NCBI GenBank assembly: GCA_020053355.1
Contig: JAGVNI010000007.1
Coordinates: 5,557 to 69,556 of the forward strand
Source of the DNA: an archaeon
GTDB lineage: Archaea; Micrarchaeota; Micrarchaeia; Anstonellales; Bilamarchaeaceae
Direction of reading: 5' to 3'
DNA length: 64,000 nt
The position numbers and the translations under genes were made by a program. Each line of letters opens with the position of its first letter. Within the stretch, counting starts at the first letter, position 1. This document shows positions 1-9,438 of the stretch, piece after piece. The notes under the pieces were generated by a model, which saw nothing but the letters and a program-made list of their open reading frames with translations, had not been told where the DNA came from and did not search any database.

Positions 1-212
1 GGTCATCGCCGATTCTGGACAATGTAGCCAGGAGCGACTTGCCGTCGTCAGCGCCTACTAGGGGCTGGATTGCCCGGAAAGGCGGCACTTCGCGTCTCTT
101 CGACGCATCGTTGCGCTGATTTACGACGGCTAATTGCGCCATTTTCCCACCTCAGTTATTACCCATCCCGCCTTAATATACTTTCTGCAGGCATGCTCTC
201 AAGTGGTCGTTC

Positions 213-1580
213 CTATAGCTTCGTGAATTTCGTGCCGCTTTCACCCGCAGATGCCGCGTTTTCGTCGAATGACGCAACGACAATGCCGTTCCTGCCAAGC
301 TCCTTGGCCTGATAAAGCGCAGCGTCCGCCATGCCCATGACGGCCTTCCTTATCCGCGTGGCCTTATCGGCAAGGTCATCCCATCCACTGCCTGCCGCCA
401 CCGCCGTCTCGGCAACTGAGAGTGATGCGATGCCCATGCTGATTGTGATGGTTATGATTTCGCCATTCGGCCCCTCGACCATCCGCGATGACACCGCGTC
501 CTTGCATCTCCTTGCCGCAATCGAGGCGCCGTCATTGCCAACGCCCGGCAGCAGGATGGCGAACTCCTCGCCGCCGTACCTGGCCATCTCCCTCCCGTTC
601 TGCACCCCGTCCTGGGGCGCGCTCGATATCCTTCCAAGGAGGTCCGAAGACCTCATCGTCGCGCTCGCAGTGGCAGCGCACATCGCGAGCACCGAATCGC
701 CCGTAGGGTGCCCGTACTTGTCGTTCACGCGCTTGAAGTGGTCGACATCGAGCATCACAATCGCGAGGTCGCTTCCGCCCCTTGCAAATTCCTCGCAGAA
801 GAACGAAAGCAGGTAATCGAACGCCCTCCTGTTATAAAGCCCGGTCAGGCCGTCGATTTCAGCCGCATACTTGAGTGAAAGAATTTTCGAGAAATCGAGC
901 GCGGCCGAGACGGCCGCCTCATGCCTGCTAATCAGGTTCCCGAATGTCAGGTCGCTGCCGACGACCTCGACCAGGCCGAAATGGTCATCCAGGGGGATGA
1001 CCAGCCGGGACGGCAGCAGGCCGCTCGGCCTCCGCTCCTCATCGATCCTTCCCCGGATGTCCCGGCGGTCGACGCTGTACAATCTTCCGCTCGTGAAATA
1101 CAATATCCGATTATCGCCGAGGGCGCCGCTTATGACCCCGTCCTGCCCGGGCTCGATTACCGCGGTCTCAGGCGCTAGGCGTATGGACTTGCCCTTGCGC
1201 TCCACGCAGATATGCCCCCGCAGGACCATGTCCCTGGCTGAGCGGAAAGTCCGAAGCCTTTCAGGGTCGACCATCGCCCCGTAATAATAGCGGTACGCCT
1301 CAGGCAGGCCGAGGGGGGTCTCGCCCGCAAGGAGCCGGATAAGGTTCTGTGTCACTTCCGCTTCCTTGAAAAGCGCGGCCCGGACCGTCCTTGCCGCCGT
1401 GCCAACTATTCCCTGCCTTCCCTCTTCCATGAGCTTTGTCAGCACCGCCGGCATCGGCCTGTTGCCGACCGCCTGCTTCATGGCCCGCAGAAGCGGCCTC
1501 GCTCCGAATGCGCCCTCCGGTGGCGGCGTTAGCGAGTCGGTTCTCCGTCTGTACTCCGGTTTGTTCCCCATAATCATCAC
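213..1580 (-). CDS. GGDEF-domain diguanylate cyclase-like protein with N-terminal sensor region
   Basis: C-terminal domain carries the signature motifs DGLTGLYNRRAF...MLDVDHFKRVND...GD...RYGGEEFAILLP...ALYQAK (GGDEF family, GGEEF active-site variant); about 200 aa N-terminal region of unknown fold; starts GTG/ATG at 1580/1577. Confidence 0.75.
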   Translation of the reverse strand: MMIMGNKPEYRRRTDSLTPPPEGAFGARPLLRAMKQAVGNRPMPAVLTKLMEEGRQGIVGTAARTVRAALFKEAEVTQNLIRLLAGETPLGLPEAYRYYYGAMVDPERLRTFRSARDMVLRGHICVERKGKSIRLAPETAVIEPGQDGVISGALGDNRILYFTSGRLYSVDRRDIRGRIDEERRPSGLLPSRLVIPLDDHFGLVEVVGSDLTFGNLISRHEAAVSAALDFSKILSLKYAAEIDGLTGLYNRRAFDYLLSFFCEEFARGGSDLAIVMLDVDHFKRVNDKYGHPTGDSVLAMCAATASATMRSSDLLGRISSAPQDGVQNGREMARYGGEEFAILLPGVGNDGASIAARRCKDAVSSRMVEGPNGEIITITISMGIASLSVAETAVAAGSGWDDLADKATRIRKAVMGMADAALYQAKELGRNGIVVASFDENAASAGESGTKFTKL

Positions 1581-1687
1581 GATGATGCGGCGCTGAACCT
1601 GGGGGTTCAGATACCCTAGGGTGATGGATTAGCTCCCTTAAGAATAAATACGCTCCCACCTGCCGGGCGCGGGCATCCCGTCCTTAA

Positions 1688-2209
1688 TTATTTTTTACCC
1701 GCAGTTTCCGTTTTCCCTAAAAACGCCGGTGCAAGAAACTGGGCGACAAGAAGGGCGTTCGTCAAGATGGAAGGCAGGGACATATCCGTATTGATAATGG
1801 CATCGTACGTCACTACGCTGTCCAGGTACATGATGCCCAGGAAAGAGAGCAGCCACACCATGAATACTGTATTCAGCAATATCCGCACTGGCAAGAAACC
1901 GGGGGCTGGTATCTTGGTTCCAAGATAATGCGCCACCTCGTCAGCCTTGTTATACGTGGGGCCTGTCTTGAATCCTTTCGTGAAAGTGAGGATAAGGCTG
2001 GAAAACAGGAATGCGAAAACTACGGCAAGGTATTCCGCCGGTTCCATCCACCCCCCATCCAGGAAATTACGCGCCTGGACGAGCAGCATGCCGGAAATAA
2101 ATACCGAGAATATGGCGCCGTATCTGGCCCAGCCGTACCTATACCTGCCCATATACGAGATTATTATCTCATCGATGGCATCTCGCGCCTTTCCGCCGCT
2201 TTTACTCAT
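1688..2209 (-). CDS. hypothetical integral membrane protein
   Basis: ORF with several hydrophobic helices; 8-bp overlap with downstream trpS; no recognisable motif. Confidence 0.4.
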   Translation of the reverse strand: MSKSGGKARDAIDEIIISYMGRYRYGWARYGAIFSVFISGMLLVQARNFLDGGWMEPAEYLAVVFAFLFSSLILTFTKGFKTGPTYNKADEVAHYLGTKIPAPGFLPVRILLNTVFMVWLLSFLGIMYLDSVVTYDAIINTDMSLPSILTNALLVAQFLAPAFLGKTETAGKK

Positions 2210-3401
2210 AAACCCGCTCCCACATCGAAGCCGCGAGCTTCCCGGTCTTCATGTACTTGTCGACGTCCCGCTCGGCAATCTTGCGCCTTTCGCGGTGCCC
2301 CTTCAGGAACGCGTTGATGCGCTCAATCAGGATGCCTTTCATCTCGCCGGTCAGCATCTTGCCCGCACGGTAGTCATCATGGATGGTTTTGAGTTTCGAG
2401 TCGTCGGGTTCGAAAAGGATGCTCAGCCATTGGAACGGCACGTCTATATCCGTGTTGCCGCCCAGTTTCCTGTGCTCCTCAAGCGTCGCCTGCCCGCCTG
2501 AAAACGCGTACTTGTTTATCTTGTTCTTCACCGTCTTCTCGTCATCGGTGAGGAGAATCGCCGTCTCGGCCCCAGCGCTCGAACTCATCTTGCCTGAGAT
2601 TCCCTGCAGCGGCGGGAGGAACTTGCAGTGGATGGCCGAAGTCTTGTAGTATCCAAGCCCTTCGGCGATGTCGCGCTGGATTCTCCAGTACGGGTCCTGG
2701 TCGATTGCGGCAGGAATCAGGCACCTTTTCTTCTCGAAGAACGTCGGGATGACCTGGTATGCCGGATAGAACTGCATGCCGATATTCGTCGAATCGTCGA
2801 ACCCGAATACCGCCTTCGCGGTCGAGCCGGTGATTTTCCTCGCGGTCTTCAGGAGCAGCGGGTAGACGTTCCGCACGTACTCGCTGTCCTTGAAGATGAA
2901 CGTGCGTTCGGGGTCGAATCCTACCGCGGCGATGTCGAGTATGTTGTCGTCCGCGTTTTTCTGGATGTCCGACCATTCGTAATCGCGCCTGTGGAGGAAC
3001 TTCTCATCGTCAGTAATCTCGATGTACAGATTGCACTTGAACCTGTCCTGGAGCCATTTGGTGAATATCAGCGGAACGAGATGCCCTATGTGCATGGCCT
3101 TGCTCGGGCCGCGGCCGGTGTAGAGGAAGAACCCCTTCCCCTTCTCGTAATCGTCGAGCACCGGGCCCAAATCCCTGTGCGAGAAGAAGAAGTCGCGCCG
3201 GAGCATGTGGTGCGGCTCGTCCCCGCCGGAAAGCCGTATCAGCTTCTCGCGCAGCGCCCTGTCCAGCCTGCTCGTTCCGAACTGCTTGATGAGCTTGTCA
3301 TAGTCGATTTCCCCGCTGACTTCCCATGGGGTGACCTTGTATTCGTCCATAAGACCAGAACTCAGATAATTGATTAAATCCTGCGCATGGCCTCTAGTCA
3401 T
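2202..3401 (-). CDS. trpS: tryptophanyl-tRNA synthetase (archaeal/eukaryotic type)
   Basis: HIGH motif (AMHIGHLVPL) and KMSSS motif; length and conservation pattern match class I TrpRS of the archaeal type. Confidence 0.9.
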   Translation of the reverse strand: MTRGHAQDLINYLSSGLMDEYKVTPWEVSGEIDYDKLIKQFGTSRLDRALREKLIRLSGGDEPHHMLRRDFFFSHRDLGPVLDDYEKGKGFFLYTGRGPSKAMHIGHLVPLIFTKWLQDRFKCNLYIEITDDEKFLHRRDYEWSDIQKNADDNILDIAAVGFDPERTFIFKDSEYVRNVYPLLLKTARKITGSTAKAVFGFDDSTNIGMQFYPAYQVIPTFFEKKRCLIPAAIDQDPYWRIQRDIAEGLGYYKTSAIHCKFLPPLQGISGKMSSSAGAETAILLTDDEKTVKNKINKYAFSGGQATLEEHRKLGGNTDIDVPFQWLSILFEPDDSKLKTIHDDYRAGKMLTGEMKGILIERINAFLKGHRERRKIAERDVDKYMKTGKLAASMWERVYE

Positions 3402-3873
3402 CCGATATTTCCTCTTGGACGGCCGAGTTTCCGTCCTTGCCTATCGCTTCAAGGACCTTGTCCCTGCAATCCGGCGCTTCATAGGCGCCTCCCACCGCGA
3501 ATTCAAGGTTGGAGTTGAGGAAGACGATTAGCTTCGTACTGGCAAAGTCCGCCTTGGTTTGGTACGCCGGGCGGTAGTCTGACTTGCTGACCCCGTTGAT
3601 GTAGTAGTCCTGATGCATGTCCATGTCCATGGACGTGTGCGCGACGCCTACCTCGATTTCCGGTCCGATATGTTTTCTGCCATTGTTTTTCAGCTCCTCC
3701 AAAACCGTGTACCTGAAGCTGACTTTCCTAAATGGCGGGCAGCCGGACCCAGCCCCCCCTAAGGGCACCATCTCGATTTTTTCAAAAGGCGTTCGCTTCT
3801 CCACGACGAGGATGTAGCACGACTCCTGCACAAGCTCATCCAAACCAATCTCCACCGGGATATCCTGTGACAT
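3394..3873 (-). CDS. hypothetical protein
   Basis: 159-aa ORF co-directional with trpS and overlapping its start by 8 bp; no motif recognised. Confidence 0.35.
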   Translation of the reverse strand: MSQDIPVEIGLDELVQESCYILVVEKRTPFEKIEMVPLGGAGSGCPPFRKVSFRYTVLEELKNNGRKHIGPEIEVGVAHTSMDMDMHQDYYINGVSKSDYRPAYQTKADFASTKLIVFLNSNLEFAVGGAYEAPDCRDKVLEAIGKDGNSAVQEEISDD

Positions 3874-3930
3874 GGCATATGCATATGCAGCATTGTTTTT
3901 CTTCCATTCGTTTGCGCCTGCCCCACGTTT

Positions 3931-4254
3931 TCAGCCAATGGCGAGGCCGATGACAAACGATGCCCAGTTGCACAGCACGCTCGCGAGGATTGCATCCTTC
4001 GGCCTGATGCCCCGGAATGCAACCGCATAGACGCCAGCCTCGGCAAAGGCGGCGAACACCTCTGCGGCTGCGGTCTGCGCTCCCCATCCCAGATGGAGGG
4101 CGGGGAACGCGAACCAGACGAACGGCAAGGTGAGCGAGCTGGCGATGATTGCGTTCCGTGCAATCAGCCCCGCCCCATATTCTTTGCGGAGAAGAAGGAA
4201 GAGCACGGCGGCCTCTATGGAAACCGTGAGCGCGTATGCCCCTGCGAAGTCCAA
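3931..4254 (-). CDS. small hypothetical membrane protein
   Basis: 107 aa, three hydrophobic segments; immediately downstream (2-bp gap) of the secreted protein gene in the same orientation. Confidence 0.35.
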   Translation of the reverse strand: MDFAGAYALTVSIEAAVLFLLLRKEYGAGLIARNAIIASSLTLPFVWFAFPALHLGWGAQTAAAEVFAAFAEAGVYAVAFRGIRPKDAILASVLCNWASFVIGLAIG

Positions 4255-4255
4255 G

Positions 4256-4762
4256 CTATCCCCTTTTCCAGAATCCGCAAGCGAGGATTGCAGGCAGCAG
4301 TATCATCGTAAGCGGGCAACTTCCGTCATCCGAAACGCTTCCTGACTTTAACTGCCCGGTCGAGGCCTCGATTTCGACATAATAAGTGTTCTTCCGTTCG
4401 CTGCCGCCAAACAGGGCGCTCAGGTCCTCGGTTCGCACCTCGCTGCCCCCATATTGGTAAGTGAAGTATCCGTCAGGGAAGCCGAAGCAGGGATTGAACT
4501 TGTAGTACCATTGCTGGTCGTTGGTGCAGGTCCCTCCGCTGCAGGAGAAATTGACCGGATATGGCGTTACCGCACCGCTTTCATTCCTCTCATCAGTGCC
4601 AAGGCAGTGGTATGTCAACTGCGTTATTGACGTCGCAAACTGCCCGCCTTCTGTCAGGTGCACAGTTACCTTCGGCGGCGCAGGTGACGGGCCCACATCC
4701 GCATGTGCAAGCGGGAGGACTAGCAAAGCCAGGAGCAGGATTGCGCGCATTATCGATGCCAT
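4256..4762 (-). CDS. secreted Cys-containing protein with C-terminal hydrophobic anchor
   Basis: Signal-peptide-like MASIMRAILLLALLVLPLAHA when started at the internal ATG (4762); several Cys and N-x-S/T sequons; C-terminal hydrophobic stretch followed by WKRG. Confidence 0.4.
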   Translation of the reverse strand: MASIMRAILLLALLVLPLAHADVGPSPAPPKVTVHLTEGGQFATSITQLTYHCLGTDERNESGAVTPYPVNFSCSGGTCTNDQQWYYKFNPCFGFPDGYFTYQYGGSEVRTEDLSALFGGSERKNTYYVEIEASTGQLKSGSVSDDGSCPLTMILLPAILACGFWKRG

Positions 4763-4864
4763 GGAAAATAGCTCGTCGGAACGGTTAATACTGCTTTCGT
4801 TTTGTTGCTGGGAGGCTGCTGCCGCGGCCATTGGCTGCGGCCAAGGATGCGCCGCCGCCTGGCT

Positions 4865-6835
4865 TCAGATGAAGTTGGTTATGTCGCGCCTCTTGAAGAC
4901 GATGAATGCCATCAGCACAGCAAGGAGCACGAAATACGAGAGGAGCGCCGCGATGTCCCCGGCCGGGTCGCCGTTCGTCACCAGCACGACCTTGAATATG
5001 CTGGTCACATGCGAAAGCGGCAGCAATTGCTGGAGAATCTGCGTGTACGCCGGGAGCAGGTCGGGCGAGAATATGATGTTGCCCAAAAACAGCATCGGGA
5101 TGGCGAGAAGGAGGCAGCTTTGGATGGCCGCGGACTCGCTCCTTGCATAGAACCCGACAAGCACCCCGATGGACGAGAGCACGAGCGAAGATATCGCAGT
5201 CCCCCAGAGCAGCATCAAGATGCTTTCAGGAGGCTTTACCCCGAAAAGCACCAGCGCGACGACAAGAATCAGCGCAATCTGCACAAAAGACATCAGCATC
5301 AGCGCGGCTATCTTGCCGATTACGATGTCCGTCAGCGCGCCGGGGGCGAGAAGCGCCCGGATTATCGTCTTGTGAGTCTTCTCGCGGACCAGGCTTATCG
5401 AGCCCAGGAGGAAGCATGAGAAGAGCAATGAGACCGCAATCACCTGCGGCATTATGAAATCCACGAAGCTGGACCGCTCGTACTGGTTCTCCACAGTGAC
5501 CGAAAGCGGCGATGCGATTGTGTCCGGGTCCTTGCCAGTCTGCTCCGCGACTGTCGCCTGGAGCGAGCCTATCAGCGCGTCAACCGATGCAGTCTGGGCG
5601 AGCGCATCGTCAAGGGTGCTGTCTATCTCCGATGTGGCCGACTTGATGTCGCCAAGCAGCCCCTTCAGCTTTGCGACCTCAATCCTCGCGGAGCCGAAAG
5701 ACGCGTTCAATTGGGTGAGTCTCTTGGAGACGTTGTCCAAGGCGGCGCCAAGCTGCGCGGTTTTCCCGGCATTCAACCTGGCTGTTTCGAGTTCCGACGA
5801 AAAGTCCGCAAGCGAATCCCCGAACGAATCCAGCGTCGCATTCAATGCCCGAAGTTCGGCCATCTCTTCCTTTGCGTCGATTATCTGGCCCTGCGTCATC
5901 GTCCGCAAGGACTGCAGGGAGCCTATATTGAGGTCGAGCGCGGCAATCACGACCGGGTCCGATGACCCGGCTTTAATTGCTTCCAGCCCCGCAATCGATG
6001 CGCTCAAGCTCGAAACGGTGCTGTTCATCTGCATCATCTGCGCGCCCAGCTTGTCGTGCGTGCTCTGCACGGTGTCTTCGGACTGGTTCAGCGCGTAGCT
6101 GGCGTTGAACAAGAAAGCATCGGTCTGGTCAAGAAGCTCATCGTTCCCCGCCGACACGTCCGCGAATTCCTCCTTCTGGGACTCCAGCTGAGCCTGGAGG
6201 GCCGCGATGTTCATCGACGCCGAATCCAGGGAAGTCGCCAGCGAATCGATTTCAATGCCGTCTATGCCCTGCCTTATCTGGGCTAGCGATGCCTTGGTCT
6301 GGTTCATATTGGTGCGCGTCTGCTCTATGCCCGATGCGAGGGAGGCGGTCGAGGCGTTCAGGTCCCGCAGCTCCCCCCAGGCGGAAGTCACGTAGCTTTT
6401 CGTGATGTCTGTCGACGACGCCTCAATCACTGAGGACATCGCGGCAAGGACTGACTGCTCGAGCGCCAAATCCGAGTTGTCCACGACCACGCGGACGCTC
6501 GAGCCGTTGCCCTTCCGGAGCGATTCCTCGAAATCCTGGGGCACGATGATGACGGCCCTCAGCCTGCCGTTCCGGAAAGCCGTCATCGCATCCTCCTCGC
6601 TTCCGAACTCCTGGAGCTTGAATGCCTGCGATTCGTTCAGCCCGGAAAAAAGCGGGCTGGAGCTGATGTTCTCAGGGCCGGCAAGGCCGATTGGAAGCCC
6701 GTTGATTTCCATCGAGCGGAACGATGTGCCCATGAAAAGCATGACAAAGACGGGGAAGGCGAGCAGCACCGCGAGCATCGTGCGGTCGTGCAACACTTCG
6801 AGCATCTCCTTCCGGATTGCGCTGAGGATTTTCAT
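4865..6835 (-). CDS. ABC-2 type transporter permease with large extracellular coiled-coil domain (YhgE/Pip-like architecture)
   Basis: Start MKILSAIRKEMLEVL overlaps the ATPase stop (ATGA); one N-terminal TM, about 450 aa Ala/Ser/Leu/Gln-rich extracellular coiled-coil region, C-terminal bundle of 5-6 TM helices typical of ABC-2 permeases. Confidence 0.7.
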   Translation of the reverse strand: MKILSAIRKEMLEVLHDRTMLAVLLAFPVFVMLFMGTSFRSMEINGLPIGLAGPENISSSPLFSGLNESQAFKLQEFGSEEDAMTAFRNGRLRAVIIVPQDFEESLRKGNGSSVRVVVDNSDLALEQSVLAAMSSVIEASSTDITKSYVTSAWGELRDLNASTASLASGIEQTRTNMNQTKASLAQIRQGIDGIEIDSLATSLDSASMNIAALQAQLESQKEEFADVSAGNDELLDQTDAFLFNASYALNQSEDTVQSTHDKLGAQMMQMNSTVSSLSASIAGLEAIKAGSSDPVVIAALDLNIGSLQSLRTMTQGQIIDAKEEMAELRALNATLDSFGDSLADFSSELETARLNAGKTAQLGAALDNVSKRLTQLNASFGSARIEVAKLKGLLGDIKSATSEIDSTLDDALAQTASVDALIGSLQATVAEQTGKDPDTIASPLSVTVENQYERSSFVDFIMPQVIAVSLLFSCFLLGSISLVREKTHKTIIRALLAPGALTDIVIGKIAALMLMSFVQIALILVVALVLFGVKPPESILMLLWGTAISSLVLSSIGVLVGFYARSESAAIQSCLLLAIPMLFLGNIIFSPDLLPAYTQILQQLLPLSHVTSIFKVVLVTNGDPAGDIAALLSYFVLLAVLMAFIVFKRRDITNFI

Positions 6836-7578
6836 TGGACCACCGGCTTCACGAGGTATGCAAATACATCCTCCATCTGCTTGAGCTTGTATTTTTTCTT
6901 CAGGTCCGCCGGAGTTCCGCTGTCCACGATGCGCCCGGCGAACATGATGGCGACGCGCCCGCAGAGGTGCTCGATCTCCTCCATATAATGCGACGTGATG
7001 ATTATTGTCTTCTTCGTCCTGTGCAATTCCTCTATGACGGCCCATATCTCCCGCCGGACAACCGGGTCGAGGCCGACAGTCGGCTCGTCGAGATACAGGA
7101 CTTTCGGGTCATGGACGAGCGAGCAGGCGATGTTCAGCCTCTTCTTCATGCCGCCGGAGAGCTTGGAAGCGAGCACCCCTCCCTTGTCAGAAAGCTTCAT
7201 CTGCGACAGCAGGCTTTTCACCCTCTCGCCGGCCACGCGTCCCGGCACCCCGAACTGCGACGCGAAGAACTCCAGGTTCTCGCGCACTGTCAGCGTCTCG
7301 TAGAAGGAATCCTCCTGGGTCACGAAGCCGATTTCCATCTTAAGTTTCGCAAGCTCCTTGATGTTCTTGCCGAGAATCATCACCGAGCCGGAAGATGGCG
7401 CAAGCAGCCCGGAGAGCATGTTGAAAGTGGTGGTCTTCCCGGAGCCGTTCGCGCCGAGAAGGCCGAAAACCTCGCCCTCCTCGACGGTGAAGGAAATCCT
7501 GTCCACTATTATCTTTTCGTTTATCACTTTCGCGAGTTCGCTGACGATGACTGCCGGAGGCATGACGATTTCTCTCAT
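6832..7578 (-). CDS. ABC transporter ATP-binding protein
   Basis: Walker A GANGSGKTT, signature LSGGMKKRL, Walker B LYLDEPT, H-loop; translationally coupled to the permease. Confidence 0.9.
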   Translation of the reverse strand: MREIVMPPAVIVSELAKVINEKIIVDRISFTVEEGEVFGLLGANGSGKTTTFNMLSGLLAPSSGSVMILGKNIKELAKLKMEIGFVTQEDSFYETLTVRENLEFFASQFGVPGRVAGERVKSLLSQMKLSDKGGVLASKLSGGMKKRLNIACSLVHDPKVLYLDEPTVGLDPVVRREIWAVIEELHRTKKTIIITSHYMEEIEHLCGRVAIMFAGRIVDSGTPADLKKKYKLKQMEDVFAYLVKPVVQ

Positions 7579-7662
7579 CGGCTGTTTTTAACATCTTCGC
7601 AGGGGCAGGCTTTCCCGCGCATTCCGGGGGAATTTAAACATCCTTGGCCGACATATGGTGTT

Positions 7663-8511
7663 ATGCGCCGGGGGAACCTGACAAATCTCGAATCCTTCCT
7701 GTCAGATTTTGCAGGCGGGCTCACATCCGCATTCCCCGGGAAGGTGCATGTGATAGGCGTTGCAGGAAGCGCGGCCCGCGGCGATTTTCAGCCAGGGCAG
7801 AGCGACATCGACATGCTGATTGAAGTGAAAGACGCGCAGGATGTCGATGCGGTCGGCGATGCGGCGCAAGCGCTGTTCTGGCGGCTGGACGAATTGCACG
7901 GCCTAAAACTCCAAGAGGCTTACGCGAAAAAAGGCGGCGCATGCCCAAGCCTGCCGGCTGCCGGGTCCAGCCGCAAGCCCTTCATCATTCGGGCCCGCCA
8001 CTCTAAGAGAGCGGGCGGCGGGAAGCTCACGCCACTCCGGATTCCCTTCCTCTACCGCCTCTTCATGCTTGAACTGACGCGGAACTCCCTCCGCTCCGGC
8101 CGTTTGCTGTACAAAAGCCCCGAAGCGATGGCAGAAAAATCCCATTATCCAGGCGAGACCCTGCCGGAAAAATTGGCTACATACAGCTTCATCGTATCCC
8201 TGGCGATGCTCCCCATCTCAATCATCCAGCCTGACAAGGCTCTTAGGCGCTCAGCCCGTGCCGTCCTTTTCACATACGAGGACGAGCCGGATTTGTTCCG
8301 CAGCGTCCGCAATCCCTCGTCCCTTCCTTATGCGCCTGCCCCGCCCGCTATGCTCCGCTTCGGATTTGAAGCGCTCCATATCAAGAAACACGGGACAGAG
8401 CATTTCTCGTACCCGGGCAAGGTCGCATTCTGCCTCATCGCCCCGCTTGTGATATGGTATAAGAACCTGGCGACAGTCCTGGCGGAGGGCTCCTCTAAGA
8501 ACGGCAGATGA
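7663..8511 (+). CDS. nucleotidyltransferase-domain protein (Pol-beta superfamily)
   Basis: GSAARGDFQPGQSDIDMLIEV = GS-x9-DxD minimal nucleotidyltransferase motif near the N-terminus; first in-frame ATG at 7663. The upstream part of the long 6835..8511 ORF is antisense to the ABC ATPase and is rejected. Confidence 0.55.
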   Translation: MRRGNLTNLESFLSDFAGGLTSAFPGKVHVIGVAGSAARGDFQPGQSDIDMLIEVKDAQDVDAVGDAAQALFWRLDELHGLKLQEAYAKKGGACPSLPAAGSSRKPFIIRARHSKRAGGGKLTPLRIPFLYRLFMLELTRNSLRSGRLLYKSPEAMAEKSHYPGETLPEKLATYSFIVSLAMLPISIIQPDKALRRSARAVLFTYEDEPDLFRSVRNPSSLPYAPAPPAMLRFGFEALHIKKHGTEHFSYPGKVAFCLIAPLVIWYKNLATVLAEGSSKNGR

Positions 8512-8633
8512 CGATATAAATCTTTCCAGCCCTATAATATACTGTCTGAGGTGGGAAGCTGAACGTAGATTATCGGTTTGCCGAGAACTCGATTAGCAAG
8601 GGTTCAAAGTCATTCTATTTCGCATCGAAATTC

Positions 8634-9437
8634 ATGGGGCGTGAGCGGCGCAACGCCTACTACGCGATTTACGCATTCTGCAGGCACACCGACGACCTTA
8701 TTGACGATAACGAGGGCAACCCGCGGCTCCAGCGCATAATGATTCGGAACTGGAAAAAGCGCTTCCTCGAAGCCTACAAGACGGGCGGCTCTGAAGACCC
8801 GGTCCTCAACCCTTTCATCCATGTCATGAAGAAATACCGCATCCCGCTGCGCTATCCGCTCGAATTAATCCGCGGAGTGAGCATGGACATCTCGAAAAAG
8901 GAATATGGGACTTTCACCGAACTGCGCAGGTACTGTTTCCGTGTCGCTTCAGTTGTGGGCCTGATGCTCATGCGCACCCTTGGCATCGAGAACGCCAGGA
9001 AATCCAAGCACTGCGCAATCAGCCTCGGCATTGCGATGCAGCTTACCAACATCCTGCGCGATGTCGGCGAGGACGCCCGCATGGGGCGCGTGTATTTCCC
9101 CAAGGACGAATTGGCGCGGTTCGGGCTGACCATAGACGATATCCTGTCCCACCGCAAGACCGAGCGTCTCATGAGATTTTTAAAATTCCAGGTGGAACGC
9201 GCCCGCAGCTATTATCGGGAAGCGATGCAGAGCATCGCGACCATCCATTCGGAAGTGCGGATGGTGATTGCGCTCGCCTCGACGCTCTACCGGGAGATAC
9301 TCACTGTCATAGAGGAGAACGAATACGAGGTATTCGCAAAGCGCGCCTACGTGAACACCTATCGGAAGATGCTCCTGTACGCCCGACTTGTGCTATTCGG
9401 ATACCCCCAACCACAGCCTTGCCAGAGCGGCGCTTGA
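8634..9437 (+). CDS. phytoene/squalene synthase family protein (trans-isoprenyl diphosphate head-to-head condensing enzyme)
   Basis: YAFCRHTDDLID (first Asp-rich motif) and LTNILRDVGEDARMGRVYFP (second motif). The conserved N-terminal block SKSFYFAS is encoded in-frame upstream of the annotated ATG (see findings). Confidence 0.8.
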   Translation: MGRERRNAYYAIYAFCRHTDDLIDDNEGNPRLQRIMIRNWKKRFLEAYKTGGSEDPVLNPFIHVMKKYRIPLRYPLELIRGVSMDISKKEYGTFTELRRYCFRVASVVGLMLMRTLGIENARKSKHCAISLGIAMQLTNILRDVGEDARMGRVYFPKDELARFGLTIDDILSHRKTERLMRFLKFQVERARSYYREAMQSIATIHSEVRMVIALASTLYREILTVIEENEYEVFAKRAYVNTYRKMLLYARLVLFGYPQPQPCQSGA

Positions 9438-9438
9438 C

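Noticed and set aside
1593-1610. Perfect hairpin CTGAACC-tggg-GGTTCAG 13 nt upstream of the GGDEF gene start
   Set aside because: It is an isolated single short stem with no flanking T-tract or recognisable riboswitch context, and is likely incidental. It is noted in case the 5' UTR structure matters.
6835-7660. Upstream two-thirds of the 558-aa + strand ORF 6835..8511
   Set aside because: It lies entirely antisense to the well-supported ABC ATPase gene and has no motifs; only the part from the ATG at 7663 (nucleotidyltransferase motif) is kept.
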